Shown here: in pieces, positions 1 to 13,210 of the stretch
Position numbering within the stretch: position 1 is the first letter of the stretch
Layout: every line of letters begins with the position of its first letter
Source of the DNA: Convolutriloba macropyga
Taxonomy: Eukaryota
NCBI RefSeq assembly: GCF_964194025.1
Contig: NC_134477.1
Location: forward strand, 53,940,001 to 54,004,000
Reading direction: 5' to 3'
Length of the DNA: 64,000 bases
Notes under the pieces: generated by a model
What the model was told of the DNA's origin: nothing
Databases searched by the model: none
The model's input: only the letters and a program-made list of their open reading frames with translations
Translations under genes and position numbers: made by a program

Positions 1-3000
1 TTCGAAGTCGAAGACAACTGAAGGAAAAAACGGAACAGCTGTTTCGAAGCCAGGCAGTAAACCTTCAGGTACTCAAGGCTCAAATGTATCGGCATCTGTT
101 GTTCACTCCCGGGGTACTTATGGTCAGAGCGGAGTTACGGAAAACGATGATCTTGGAGAGGAGGGCAGTAGTGCCGCGAAAAGCAAGTCAGCACTTTCGA
201 AATCAATGGGAACAGCGGGAAAAAGTAGAACCGATACTGGGGGCTCCAGGACTAAACCTTCCGGTAAAAGTGGCCCCGAGCTTAGTGTAGAAGACAATCA
301 GACTTCGACTTCATATGGAACACCGACTGAAAAAGTTGCAAACGGTTCTAAACGGACGGAGGGCCTGGATGAAGACGCAGAAGTTGATGAAGACCTGAGT
401 GGGGATGGTTTCACTGATGGGAAAAGCGGAGCTGGTTTTTCGAAGTCGAAGACAACTGAAGGAAAAAACGGAACAGCTGTTTCGAAGCCAGGCAGTAAAC
501 CTTCAGGTACTCAAGGCTCAAATGTATCGGCATCTGTTGTTCACTCCCGGGGTACTTATGGTCAGAGCGGAGTTACGGAAAACGATGATCTTGGACAGGA
601 GGGCAGTAGTGCCGCGAAAAGCAAGTCAGCACTTTCGAAATCATTGGGAACAGCGGGAAAAAGTAAAACAGATACTGCGGGCTCCAGGAGTAAACCTTCT
701 GGTAAAGGTGGCCCCGAGCTTAGTGTAGAAGACAATCAGACCTCGACTTCATATGGAACACTGACTGAAACAGTTACAAAAGGTTCTAAACGGACGGAGG
801 GCCTGGATGAAGACGCAGAAGTTGATGAAGACCTGAGTGGGGATGGTTTCACTGATGGGAAAAGCGGAGCTGGCTTTTCGAAGTCGAAGACAAGTGAAGG
901 AAAAAACGGAACAGCTGTTTCGAAGCCAGGCAGTAAACCTTCAGGTACTCAAGGCTCAAATGTATCGGCATCTGTTGTTCACTCCCGGGGTACTTATGGT
1001 CAGAGCGGAGTTACGGAAAACAATGATATCGGAGAGGAGGGCAGTAGTGCCGAGAAAAGTAAGTCAGCACTTTCGAAATCATTGGGAACGGCGGGAAAAA
1101 GTAGAACAGATACTGGGGGCTCCAGGAGTAAACCTTCCGGTAAAATTGGCCCCGAGCTTAGTGTTGAAGACAATCAGACTTCGACTTCATATGGAACACT
1201 GACTGAAACAGTTACAAAAGGTTCTAAACGGACGGAGGGCCTGGATGAAGACGCAGAAGTTGATGAAGACCTGAGTGGGGATGGTTTCACTGATGGGAAA
1301 AAGGGAGCTGGCTTTTCGAAGTCGAAGACAACCGAAGGAAAAAACGGAACAGCTGCTTCGATGCCAGGCAGTAAACCTTCAGGTACTCAAGATTCAAATG
1401 TATCGGCATCTATTGTTCACTCCCGGGGTACTTATGGTCAGAGCGGAGTTACGGAAAACAATGATATCGGAGAGGAGGGCAGTAGTGCCGCGAAAAGCAA
1501 GTCAGCACTTTCGAAATCATTGGGAACAGCGGGAAAAAGTAGAACAGATACTGGGGGCTCCAGGAGTAAACCTTCCGGTAAAATTGGCCCCGAGCTTAGT
1601 GTTGAAGACAATCGGACTTCGACTTCATATGGAACACTGACTGAAACAGTTACAAAAGGTTCTAAACGGACGGAGGGCCTGGATGAAGACGCAGAAGTTG
1701 ATGAAGACCTGAGTGGGGATGGTTTCACTGATGGGAAAAGTGGAGCTGGCTTTTCGAAGTCGAAGACAACCGAAGGAAAAAACGGAACAGCTGCTTCGAT
1801 GCCAGGCAGTAAACCTTCAGGTACTCAAGGGTCAAACGTATCGGCATCTGTTGTTCACTCCCGGGGTACTTATGGTCAGAGCGGAGTTACGGAAAACGAT
1901 GATCTCGGAGAGGAGGGCATTAGTACCGCGAAAAGCAAGTCAGCATTTTCGAAATCAATGGGAACAGCGCGAAAAAGTAGATCAGATACTGGGGGCTCCC
2001 GGAGTAAACCTTCCGGTAAAAGTGGCTCCAAGCTTAGTGCAGAAGACAATCAGACTTCGCCTTCATATGGAACACTGACTGAAACAGTTACAAAAGGTTC
2101 AAAACGGACGGAGGGCCTGGATGAAGACGCAGAAGTTGATGAAGACCTGAGTGGGGATGGTTTCACTGATGGGAAAAGTGGAGCTGGCTTTTCGAAGTCG
2201 AAGAGAACTGAAGAAAAAAACGGAACAGCTGTTTCGATGCCAGGCAGTAAACCTTCAGGTACTCAAGGGTCAAACGTATCGGCATCTGTTGTTCACTCCC
2301 GGGGAACCTATGGTCAGAGCGGAGTTACGGAAAACGATCTCGGAGAGGAGGGCATTAGTGCTGCGAAAAGCAAGTCAGCACTTTCGAAATCAATGGTAAC
2401 AGCGGGAAAAAGTAGAACAGATACTGGGGGCTCCCGGAGTAAACCTTCCGGTAAAAGTGGCTCCAAGCTTAGTGCAGAAGACAATCAGACTTCGCCTTCA
2501 TATGGAACACTGACTGAAACAGTTACAAAAGGTTCTAAACGGACGGAGGGCCTGGATGAGGACGCAGAAGTTGATAAAGACCTGAGTGGGGATGGTTTCA
2601 CTGATGGGAAAAGTGGAGCTGGCTTTTCGAAGTCGAAGAGAACTGAAGAAAAAAACGGAACAGCTGTTTCGATGCCAGGCAGTAAAGCTTCAGGTACTCA
2701 AGGGTCAAACGTATCGGCATCTGTTGTTCATTCACGGGGAACCTATGGTCAGAGCGGAGTTACGGAAAACGATGAGCTCGGAGACGAGGGCATTAGTGCC
2801 GCGAAAAGCAAGTCAGCACTTTCGAAATCAATGGGAACAGCGGGAAAAAGTAGAACAGATACTGGGGGCTCCCGGAGTAAACCTTCCGGTAAAAGTGGCT
2901 CCAAGCTTAGTGCAGAAGACAATCAGACTTCGCCTTCATATGGAACACTGACTGAAACAGTTACAAAAGGTTCTAAGCGGACGGAGGGCCTGGATGAAGA

Positions 3001-5895
3001 CGCTGAAGTTGATGAAGACCTGAGTGGGGATGGTTTCACTGATGGGAAAAGTGGAGCTGGCTTTTCGAAGTCAAAGAGAACTGAAGAAAAAAACGGAACA
3101 GCTGTTTCGATGCCAGGCAGTAAAGCTTCAGGTACTCAAGGGTCAAAAGTATCGGCATCTGTTGTTCACTCCCGGGGTACTTATGGTCAGAGCGGAGTTA
3201 CGGAAAACGATGATCTCGGAGACGAGGGCATTAGTGCCGCGAAAAGCAAGTCAGCACTTTCGAAATCAATGGGAACAGCGGGAAAAAGTAGAACAGATAC
3301 TGGGGGCTCCCGGAGTAAACCTTCCGGTAAAAGTGGCTCCAAGCTTAGTGCAGAAGACAATCAGACTTCGCCTTCATATGGAACACTGACTGAAACAGTT
3401 ACAAAAGGTTCTAAGCGGACGGAGGGCCTGGATGAAGACGCTGAAGTTGATGAAGACCTGAGTGGGGATGGTTTCACTGATGGGAAAAGTGGAGCTGGCT
3501 TTTCGAAGTCAAAGAGAACTGAAGAAAAAAACGGAACAGCTGTTTCGATGCCAGGCAGTAAAGCTTCAGGTACTCAAGGGTCAAAAGTATCGGCATCTGT
3601 TGTTCACTCCCGGGGTACTTATGGTCAGAGCGGAGTTACGGAAAACGATGATCTCGGAGACGAGGGCATTAGTGCCGCGAAAAGCAAGTCAGCACTTTCG
3701 AAATCAATGGGAACAGCGGGAAAAAGTAGAACAGATACTGGGGGCTCCCGGAGTAAACCTTCCGGTAAAAGTGGCTCCAAGCTTAGTGCAGAAGACAATC
3801 AGACTTCGCCTTCATATGGAACACTGACTGAAACAGTTACAAAAGGTTCTAAGCGGACGGAGGGCCTGGATGAAGACGCTGAAGTTGATGAAGACCTGAG
3901 TGGGGATGGTTTCACTGATGGGAAAAGTGGAGCTGGCTTTTCGAAGTCAGAGAGAACTGAAGAAAAAAACGGAACAGCTGTTTCGATGCCAGGCAGTAAA
4001 GCTTCAGGTACTCAAGGGTCAAAAGTATCGGCATCTGTTGTTCACTCCCGGGGTACTTATGGTCAGAGCGGAGTTACGGAAAACGATGATCTCGGAGAGG
4101 AGGGCATTAGTGCAGCGAAAAGCAGGTCAGCACTTTCGAAATCAATGGGAACAGCGGGAAAAAATAGAACAGATACTGGGGGCTCCCGGAGTAAACCTTC
4201 CGGTAAAAGTGGCTCCAAGCTTAGTGCAGAAGACAATCAGACTTCGACTTCATATGGAACACTGACTGAAACAGTTACAAAAGGTTCTAAACGGATGGAG
4301 GGCCTGGATGAAGACGCAGAAGTTGATGAAGACCTGAGTGGGGATGGTTTCACTGATGGGAAAAGTGGAGCTGGCTTTTCGAAGTCAAAGAGAACTGAAG
4401 AAAAAAACGGAACAGCTGTTTCGATGCCAGGCAGTAAACCTTCAGGTACTCAAGGGTCAAACGTATCGGCATCTGTTGTTCATTCACGGGGAACCTATGG
4501 TCAGAGCGGAGTTACGGAAAACGATGAGCTCGGAGACGAGGGCATTAGTGCCGCGAAAAGCAAGTCAGCACTTTCGAAATCAATGGGAACAGCGGGAAAA
4601 AGTAGAACAGATACTGGGGGCTCCCGGAGTAAACCTTCCGGTAAAAGTGGCTCCAAGCTTAGTGCAGAAGACAATCAGACTTCACCTTCATATGGAACAC
4701 TGACTGAAACAGTTACCAAAGGTTCTAAGCGGACGGAGGGCCTGGATGAAGACGCAGAAGTTGATGAAGACCTGAGTGGGGATGGTTTCACTGATGGGAA
4801 AAGTGGAGCTGGCTTTTCGAAGTCAAAGAGAACTGAAGAAAAAAACGGAACAGCTGTTTCGATGCCAGGCAGTAAAGCTTCAGGTACTCAAGGGTCAAAC
4901 GTATCGGCATCTGTTGTTCATTCACGGGGAACCTATGGTCAGAGCGGAGTTACGGGAAACGATGATCTCGGAGACGAGGGCATTAGTGCCGCAAAAAGCA
5001 AGGCAGCACTTTCGAAATCAATGGGAACAGCGGGAAAAAGTAGAACAGATACTGGGGGCTCCCGGAGTAAACCTTCCGGTAAAAGTGGCTCCAAGCTTAG
5101 TGCAGAAGACAATCAGACTTCGCCTTCTTATGGAACACTGACTGAAACAGTTACAAAAGGTTCTAAGCGGACGGAGGGCCTGGATGAAGACGCAGAAGTT
5201 GATGAAGACCTGAGTGGGGATGGTTTCACTGATGGGAAAAGTGGAGCTGGCTTTTCGAAGTCGAAGAGAACTGAAGAAAAAAACGGAACAGCTGTTTCGA
5301 TGCCAGGCAGTAAACCTTCAGGTACTCAAGGGTCAAACGTATCGGCATCTGTTGTTCACTCCCGGGGTACTTATGGTCAGAGCGGAGTTACTGAAAACGA
5401 TGATCTCGGAGAGGAGGGCATTAGTGCCGCGAAAAGCAAGTCAGCACTTTCGAAATCAATGGGAACAGCGGGAAAAAGTAGAACAGATACTGGGGGCTCC
5501 CGGAGTAAACCTTCCGGTAAAATTGGCTCCAAGCTTAGTGCAGAAGACAATCAGACTTCGCCTTCATATGGAACACTGACTGAAACAGTTACAAAAGGTT
5601 CTAAACGGATGGAGGGCCTGGATGAAGATGCAGATGTTGATGAAGACGTGGTTGGGGATGGTTTCACTGATGGAAAAAGTGAAGCTGGCTTTACGAAATC
5701 GAAGGGCACTGAAGAGAAAAGTGGAGCAGCTGTGTCTATGCCAGGCAGCACATATTCGGATACTCAAGGTTCAAATGTCTCGGTATCTGTTGTTCACTCT
5801 CGGGGAATGTATGAGCAGAACGGCGTTACTTATGCCGATAATGATGATGATGTTGATGGAGCGGAAGAGATCAGTGGAGCGAAAAGCAAAACCGG
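1..5895 (+). repeat. Coding tandem repeat, 438-bp/146-aa unit, 13 full units plus a degenerate partial unit in the window (array starts upstream)
   Basis: The unit start ttcgaagtc recurs at 1, 439, 877, 1315, 1753, 2191, 2626 (one 435-bp unit with a 3-nt in-frame deletion), 3064, 3502, 3940, 4378, 4816 and 5254, with a degenerate copy from about 5692. There are no frameshifts or stops in the coding frame. Confidence 0.97.
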
Positions 5896-7323
5896 TACTC
5901 TAGGTGTTGGAGTTGGTTCGCGAGTTTCTTCTAGAAAGTCGCACAAAACATCTCACGCGTCAGAAGTAAAGTCTCACGGCAGTTTTGAGACAACCAACTC
6001 GACTGATAACTCAGATTTAATACAACCAACAAAAAGTCAACTTTCTGACTCCAAAAGTAGGAGCTTGACAGCCGGCAAACCATTGCATTCAAAATCTGAA
6101 GTCAGTGGAAGCGGAAAGGTAGGTGGAACTGAAACTGGTACTCAAGAGAATGATGAAAAGAGTGATTCAGTAGAAAGGGAATCGCAGAAAGATGGATCAA
6201 TTACGTTTGGATCATTATCACAGAAGGTGGGTTCTCATCAAGCTGGACAGAGCGATGTCTCTCAGGAAGAGGGCTCCCAGAACACTGATGCAGATGGAAA
6301 CAGAACGGGGGTAGATTCGCAATCGGGAGAACGGGAGAAAAGTTTTGGTTCTCAAGGCGAAAAGAGTAAATCACAAGCCACAGAATCCGCAATTTCCGCT
6401 CGCACATCTCTCAAAGATGAGGAAACAGGTAAAGAATTTGAAGTGCAATTGGGGTCAAAGGGAACGCTCGGTGTGAAATCTCTAACGTCAGAGGACCAGC
6501 AAGATCCAGAAGCTGAAGGTTCCAAAGTTATGTCATTGAAACCAAGTGACGATGGCAGATCTAAAAGCAGTAGGTCGAGCAAGCGAAGCAGGGGTAGAAG
6601 CAGCCGACGATCAAAGAGAAGTGGTACAAAAGGTGGAAGTAGAGATGTTTCTCAAGGTGAAGATGATGGTGAAAAGAGCCAAGGTCAAAGTGCAGATGAC
6701 GAACAAAAAGCCTCGACAAAGGAGGATGATCATTTTGGAGACAACGAAAACAAAACGGGTGTTGAAATAAACAATGAAGAGGGAAGCGAAACTGATGGTG
6801 ATGGTCCGAACAGTATGATCAACCGATTTACAGACGGAAGAGCTTTAAAATCTAAAACAGGTAGTAAAAAAGAAACTGGAGCTTCAAGTCTGAAGCAATC
6901 TAGCGCTGAGCTAAGCGACTCAGAAGTTTCCTCGTTTGGTCGTAAAAAAGGTCCTGGAAGTAAGTCGACTAAAGGTTCCAAGAAAAGTGAACTTGCACGT
7001 AAATCAGGTCTGGAAACTCCGGACGACGAGGAGCCGGTCGGAGATCCTGGCAATTTGTCAAGTGAGATTGATTTACCTCCTAAAGATGATAGCAAGTGGC
7101 CTAAAACTGAGCCTACTTTGCCTCCGACTGAGTTTGGTAAACGGTATGAAAATTTAGCTAACAAAGACGAAAGGCCTGGAGGAGGCAAGCAACAGTTCAA
7201 CTTCGATGACCAGATGAAGTCCACAAAGAGTTGCATGCACTCTCTGGAACAGTTGAGGTCACAGCATGAACAGATGTTGAATGGATTGCAACAGTCCAAA
7301 CAACTGCAACAAGACGAAGCTGA
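2..7323 (+). CDS. KLC: Kinesin light chain gene, giant coding exon (5'-partial): tandem 146-aa repeats, non-repetitive low-complexity linker and start of the KLC heptad region
   Basis: The frame of ORF 206..7327 is open back to base 2 (TCG AAG TCG AAG ACA...), so the ATG at 206 is an internal repeat Met. The C-terminal end QFNFDDQMKSTKSCMHSLEQLRSQHEQMLNGLQQSKQLQQDEAE resembles the KLC N-terminus (human KLC1 DEIISKTKQVIQGLEALKNEHNSILQSL...). A perfect donor GA|gtaagt at 7323/7324 (phase 2) joins in frame to the exon at 16085. Confidence 0.85.
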
Positions 7324-8899
7324 GTAAGTAATTTTTGAAGTCAAATTGGAGAAGTGATTTCGGTCATGCCGAAACAGGATGTGGAGCGAAAAAGCGAGTG
7401 GTTTTGCGGCGTGAATTTTCTCCAATTCCAAAATAGAGTCAGAGAATAGGGTCATAAAATTTCTCTTTCTCGATTGTGATTTTTTGACTTGATTTTCGCT
7501 ATTTTTTCCAAATTTTTATTTTTCTGATCGGTTTTCCCAATCTATTTATTATCCACTCTAGGAATAGTCTTTTGTGTAGTCAATGAAAATTCTTTGAATT
7601 GTGTCAGGAGTACATGTCCTGCTGTTTTTTGTTTCATCTTCTGACGCTCGTTTTTCGTTTTACCTTTTTTCACACTGCAAAGCTGAAAAAGTCAAAAATT
7701 GTGAATGACTTCTTCCTCTCACTAACGGCTTTTGCGCGCGTGACGTCATTTCTCACTCTCTTTAGCAACCGTTTTTCGTTCATATGCGTGATTGGATTTT
7801 AGTCATACGTGACTTACCTCACTCAATAAAATGACTTCTGCACTTTAAAACTTGATTTATTTCAAGGTCAAAGGAACTGATGTGTGTAATAAAGGTCCCT
7901 AATGAAAAGCTTCTGCGCAATTAATTTTAACAAGCTTTATTAATTTATCGCTGAAGGTTTTTTACATAGTTATTTGAGCGGCGTCGATAACTTTCTCAAC
8001 TTATATATGTATCTGTTTCTATCTCTATTATATGATACTCAAGTATATTTCTTTCGCAGCTATTCAGGCAATGTGCTGGCTGTTTGATAATTATACTTCT
8101 ATTAATAAAAAAGTTATTAATAATAAGCTGATAGCGTTAATGCCATGGCTATTATCAAAGTTACATTTTAACTGTAGTTGGTCTTTTAATTAGCCATTGC
8201 CATCATTTTTTGTTTTGTTTAATTAGTTTTTCAAAATTCAGGTTAAAGTAAATTTTATCAATCTCTGGCGTTTAGGGTCTAAGTTTTCTGCGAGTTGTCG
8301 TTTTTGTACCAGTTATAACTTATAGCCGATATTTTTACCTCAGCCAACATCGCAAAAACATACAACGGTTGCTAGGCTCGTCCACGTTGTTATTTGATTT
8401 TTGATTTTGAAAATGTGCTCTCGGTCAAAGTTTAGCCATTATACCTTGCTGCATTTTTTTTCGATTTTGGGTCTATTCATTTTGAGTTTTTTTAGGAAAG
8501 AAACGAGCTACACCAGTGAAGCACGATGCATGAAGTCCAGATAAACTTTTTTATTATAAACCTTTACAGGCGGCTTAAACACTGTGCCCCAAAATTTTTG
8601 CGAAGGCATAACTTTATAGTGCAAAGCGCAATTATTTAAAAATTGTGGATCACATTTCTCTTTTTAGTAGCCCCCATCAGCGGTCTCCTTTTTTACAATA
8701 AATTTATTTGGATTGTATTGGTGTGCTGCCTTTAAGATGTATTCACACTTTTTTCGGCTTTTGGGCGTCAATGAAATGTCAAATTAGAGTGGTGATTTTA
8801 GTGACGTTGAAGTAATAAAAAGCTGCAAATCGAGTAGTTCTGAGCAAATTATTTTAAGTGGAGTGAGAAATTAGTGTTTGAACAAATTTTCAGTTGTCA

Positions 8900-11800
8900 T
8901 GAGGGAAATATTCAAGGTCATTAAAGCGATTGCTAGCTGGCATTAGAGTTACGCTTAGTAGCCTTCAGTTTTGAAACTGATTTAAGTGTAATTTTGCAAT
9001 ATAACCGAATGTGCACAATTTGCACACCAAATAAGAACACTTTGACGCTTAAAAATTTTTTGTCAATTTCTGTCTTAATTTTTTCTTTTTCAGTTTAAAT
9101 CCAAAAGTCCGTCAAGCGGGTCAACGGCAGCTATTTTCGGGGAACTTGCTGGCTATGTTTTTTATTTCTCATTTATGACAGGTTTCCTTGATTGCTATTG
9201 AGGAAAAAGTGTGTCTAATTTGAATAGGTGCTTGAATTCATAGGATTTGATTATTATGATTTTGACAATTGCAGTTTTTTGCTGATTTTGTGGTATTGTT
9301 GCTCACTCTAAAATATACAGTTCTCCTTAGCTTTGTAGTGCGGCCTTTTTTGGTGAATTGATTTGCTTCGATTTTCAATTTACTTTTTCATTGACTGAGA
9401 TACCGTTCGTTGTCGAATTGTTTGTGATTTTGTGTATATTGGCCTCATTTCTGGTTGTTGTCCCTTTTTCCGACATTAAACTGTTACATGATCGTTTGCG
9501 ACGTCTAAAATTTCATGGTATGCTTGTGTTAGGGATTCTGTGATACTAAGCATGTATTTATTTTACCTTATCTGCTCTGATTTTCAGAATTTCTGATTTC
9601 TTACGTTTTCTTGTTTTTGCCTCCTTCTTGCTCTGTCTGCCATTGATTCCCTCCAGGTTGTTGTGCTGTGTACTCGTTTTGAGGATGCGTACGGTCAATA
9701 TTTTTATAAGCGTTAATTTTTTTTCAAAACACTAAATCTTGGAAAATGAAATTTTTTTCTAGGGTTTGTTTTTTTGCGCAGATGCAGTTTTGGGTTAGTT
9801 GCCTATTTTAATTTGACATTGCTGTAAAAATGTTATTTGACAGGTCATTAGTCAATTAAATTCTTTGGGTTGTTTAACATCTTTGGGTTGTTTAACATCT
9901 AACCAAAAAACATCTAACCAAAAAATTAAATTTTTTGGTTAGATGTTTTCACACATCTTTCCATGACTTTGAGCTTTCAAAAGGGGGATAAACAGGTAAC
10001 GCCCAGTGGGAGTTAGGTTTTATTGGAGGCACTTAGCTAGCTTTAGTAGGATTTCAACTGCTTGGAGGTTGGAGGAGTGCAGATGCTGAAGCGGTCTTAT
10101 TTCGAAGTCAGAATGTGTTTTTTATTGCGTGCTGTGGAGTCCAAAGTGGTGCGTGCTTTAAGGTTTTTTTTTTGTCTGTTTTCCGAGGTTTTTGTTCGAT
10201 AGTTATTATTGATCTTAAATTGACGTTTGCCAAAGTTGATAAACGTCTTTTGAAAGACATAAATTTTTTTAATGTCCGTTTTTATGCTATATGTGTTGGT
10301 GTTGCGAACATAAACACGCAAAATTATACTTATTTTTGGAGCCTCAGTGGCCAGGGAAACCTCCTCTATTTTTTCATAGATTCAGTTTACTGCACAGTTT
10401 TTAGTAAAAGTGGAATGGTTTTTATGGCTGCAATGCTCTATCTAAGCTCAGTGGAGCTATATTGCAGTGATCTTAGTTTTTTTCTTAATTTGTTGTCTTA
10501 CGCCTTATTTGTTTGTTTACACAGCAAAGCTGAGAAAGTCAAAATTTTTGAATGACTCTTCCTCTCACTAACAGCATTTGCTCGGCTGCAGTCAGCTATC
10601 AATCTTCAGGTAAAGTTTCAAAGTCATTTGAGTTATTAGATTTTGTTTATACTATATACGGCACGCAAGTTCTACTTTCGCAGATATTTCGGTAACCTGT
10701 CGGCTATGTTCAACATTTTAATAATTATTTTTACTAATTATAATTTAGCAATTTTTGATTCTGAGTTTTTGAATTTTGATTTTTTGCTTTTCTGGAAATC
10801 ATTATTATGTTCCGAGATTATCGATCTTTTTGGGCCGGTGAAACATAGGATAATGAAGTAGTTGAGAAGATATTAATATTGCGAGTTTTAGCGACATTTC
10901 AACAACTTTTGAAATTGTTTCCATTTTTTCTGATTTCCTTAAATTATGGATATATAAGGGCCAATTAAACCCTTTCAGGTCTTGCAAATTGGTTGCTAGG
11001 CAGATTCGAGAGAAAAGTGGTTTTGAACATATTAATATTGCAAAGTTTGGAAATTTTTAGTTTCTTTGACTTTCTCAACTTTTGAGTGTTTGTCCTCGGT
11101 TGGCATTTTTTTATCACGTTTTTTGTTTTACATATTTCATAATTTCCACTTTTGATTCGTGGCTTACCTCAATCACTGTTCCAACTGAGTGGATTTCAAA
11201 TTCTTGTTACTCATTATGTCATATAGCGGATACGGTCAAAGTCAAAAGATCAAAATTAAAAGAAACGAGATAAACTGATAAAGCCCGGTCATTAAGTCAT
11301 TGCATTAGGTTTTCAAAATCCATTTGAGAGATTGCTAGCTGACATTAGTATTACGCTTATTAGTTTCAAGTACAGAAGCATAGTTAAGTATAGTTTTAGA
11401 CGATAATTGTAACTGCACATCGAATTAGAACTTTTTGAAACTTTGGAAAATTTTCTGTCAATTTCTATCTCTTCTGTTTCAATATCTACATGCGTCAAGC
11501 ATGCCAACGGCAGCTAATTCCGGCATTTTGTGTTTGTTCGTCATCCCCTCCGCCTTCACTGTAACGTAAGCATTGAATTACGCAATGTAATGAATACGGT
11601 CACCGTCAAAATTGCAAAATTAAAAGAAACAGTATAAACTGATAAAGCCTGGTCATTAGGGCATCAGGTATCAAAGTTCTTTATAGCAATTGCTAGCTGG
11701 CATTAGATTTTATGCTTAATAGCGTTTAGTTTAGAAGCTGAATTAAGTGTATTTTAGAATCTAACCGAATATGCAGAATTTGCACACCGAATATGAACAC

Positions 11801-13210
11801 TTTGACACTTGGAAAAAATTCTGTCATATTCTATGTTTTCACTTTATTTTTAACTTTTTCAGTTTCAATCCAAAAGTTCGTCAAGCGAGTCAACGGCAGT
11901 TATATTCCGGCAATTTGCAGGCTATTTCTCAGGGAATTTTTCAAAGTTAATTGAAACGATTTCTAGCTGGCATTAGTTTTACGCTTAGTAGCCTTCAGTT
12001 TATTAACTTAAGTGTAATTCTAGAATATTGCCAACTATGCACGCTTTGCACGCCAAATAAGAACGCTTCGACGCCCAAAAATTTTCTGTCATTTTCTATC
12101 TCTTAATTTTTTCCTCAGTTTCAATCCCAAAGTCCGTCAAGTGGGTCAACGGCAGATATTTCTGGCAATTTGTCGGCTAGGTTCTATTATTTTTCATTTA
12201 TGACAGCTTTCCTTGATTGCTATTGAGGAATAAATGCGTCTAAATTGAATGGGTGCTTGAATTCAGATACCGTTTGTTTTCGGTATTTGTTTTCGCTGAG
12301 ATACCGTTTGCTTTTGAACTATTAAAGTGAATTTGTGTATATTGGCCTCATTAGTAGTAGTTGTTCCTTTTTCAGATATTAAACTGCTTAACGATCGTTT
12401 GCGACTTCTAAAATTTTTGGTATGCTGTGGTTAAGGGTCCTGTGATACTGGTCATGTATTTATTTTACTTTGGCTGCACTGATTTTCAAAATTTCTGGTT
12501 TCTTACGTTTTCCTTGGTTTCTGCCTCTTTCTTGCTTTGTCTGTCATTGATTCCCACTAAGTTGTTATGTTGTAAACTTGTTTTAGGAATGCTTACGGTC
12601 AATAATTTTGTAAGGTGTTAATATTATTTTGTTTCTCAAAACAGTAGATATTGAGAAACGAAAATTTCTATTTCTTTCTAAACCGTTTGTTTTTCCGCAA
12701 GTGGGGTTGTGGGTTATTTGCCTGTTTTAGTTCAATATTTCTGTAAATTGTTATTCGTCAGGTCATTAGTTCATTCATTTTTTTGGATTGTATTTCATTG
12801 CATGCTGTGCTATTTATTTTGTAAGATGTTTTCACACATCTTTCCATGACTTTCAAAACGATCTTTCAAAACGGGATAAAGAGTTTACGCCCAGTGGGCA
12901 TTAGGTTTCATTGGGGGTCTTTAGCTAGCTATAATAGGCCTTCAACTGCTTGGAGGGGTGCAGCTGCTGAAAAGGTTGTCTTACGCCCTATTTGTTTGTT
13001 TACACAGCAAAGCTGAGAAAGTTAAAATTTTTGAATGAATCTTCCTCTCACTAACAGCATTTGCTCGGCTGAAGTCAGTTCTCAATCTTTATTCTGATTT
13101 TTTATTTGTCTGAGAATCATTATGTTCCGATGAAACTTTTTCTTGCTTGAATTTGGGTAACTAAATTGCTTCTGGAGCTGTGTTTGTGAAGATATTCATA
13201 TTGCGAGTTT
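8900..13210 (+). repeat. Older duplicated block (about 8900-10900 vs 11930-13210) built from HINE-like fragments
   Basis: Shared anchors: ccttgattgctattgaggaa (9186/12211), gatcgtttgcgac (9490/12393) and tttgtttgtttacacagcaaagctgagaaagt (10508/12991). Confidence 0.75.

Noticed and set aside
359-5400. Secreted proteoglycan/mucin interpretation (EDLSG glycosaminoglycan-like sites, NGT/NVS/NQT sequons in each repeat)
   Set aside because: The exon is fused to a cytosolic KLC core with no transmembrane segment in between, and such motifs are expected by chance in S/G/T/D/E-rich sequence. A signal peptide cannot be assessed because the N-terminus is outside the window.
84-5579. Series of 68-121 aa ORFs (MGMVSLMGK...) repeated every 438 bp
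   Set aside because: These are alternate-frame shadows of the coding tandem repeat and are interrupted by stops in every unit.
206-7327. Stand-alone 2373-aa single-exon gene starting at ATG 206
   Set aside because: The frame is open upstream to the window edge, the ATG is a polymorphic repeat position (ATG/TTG), and the stop lies within a perfect splice donor that joins in frame to KLC exons.
6730-7455. 241-aa minus-strand ORF and other antisense ORFs over exons and the LINE
   Set aside because: These are antisense shadows of coding sequence with no recognisable domain.
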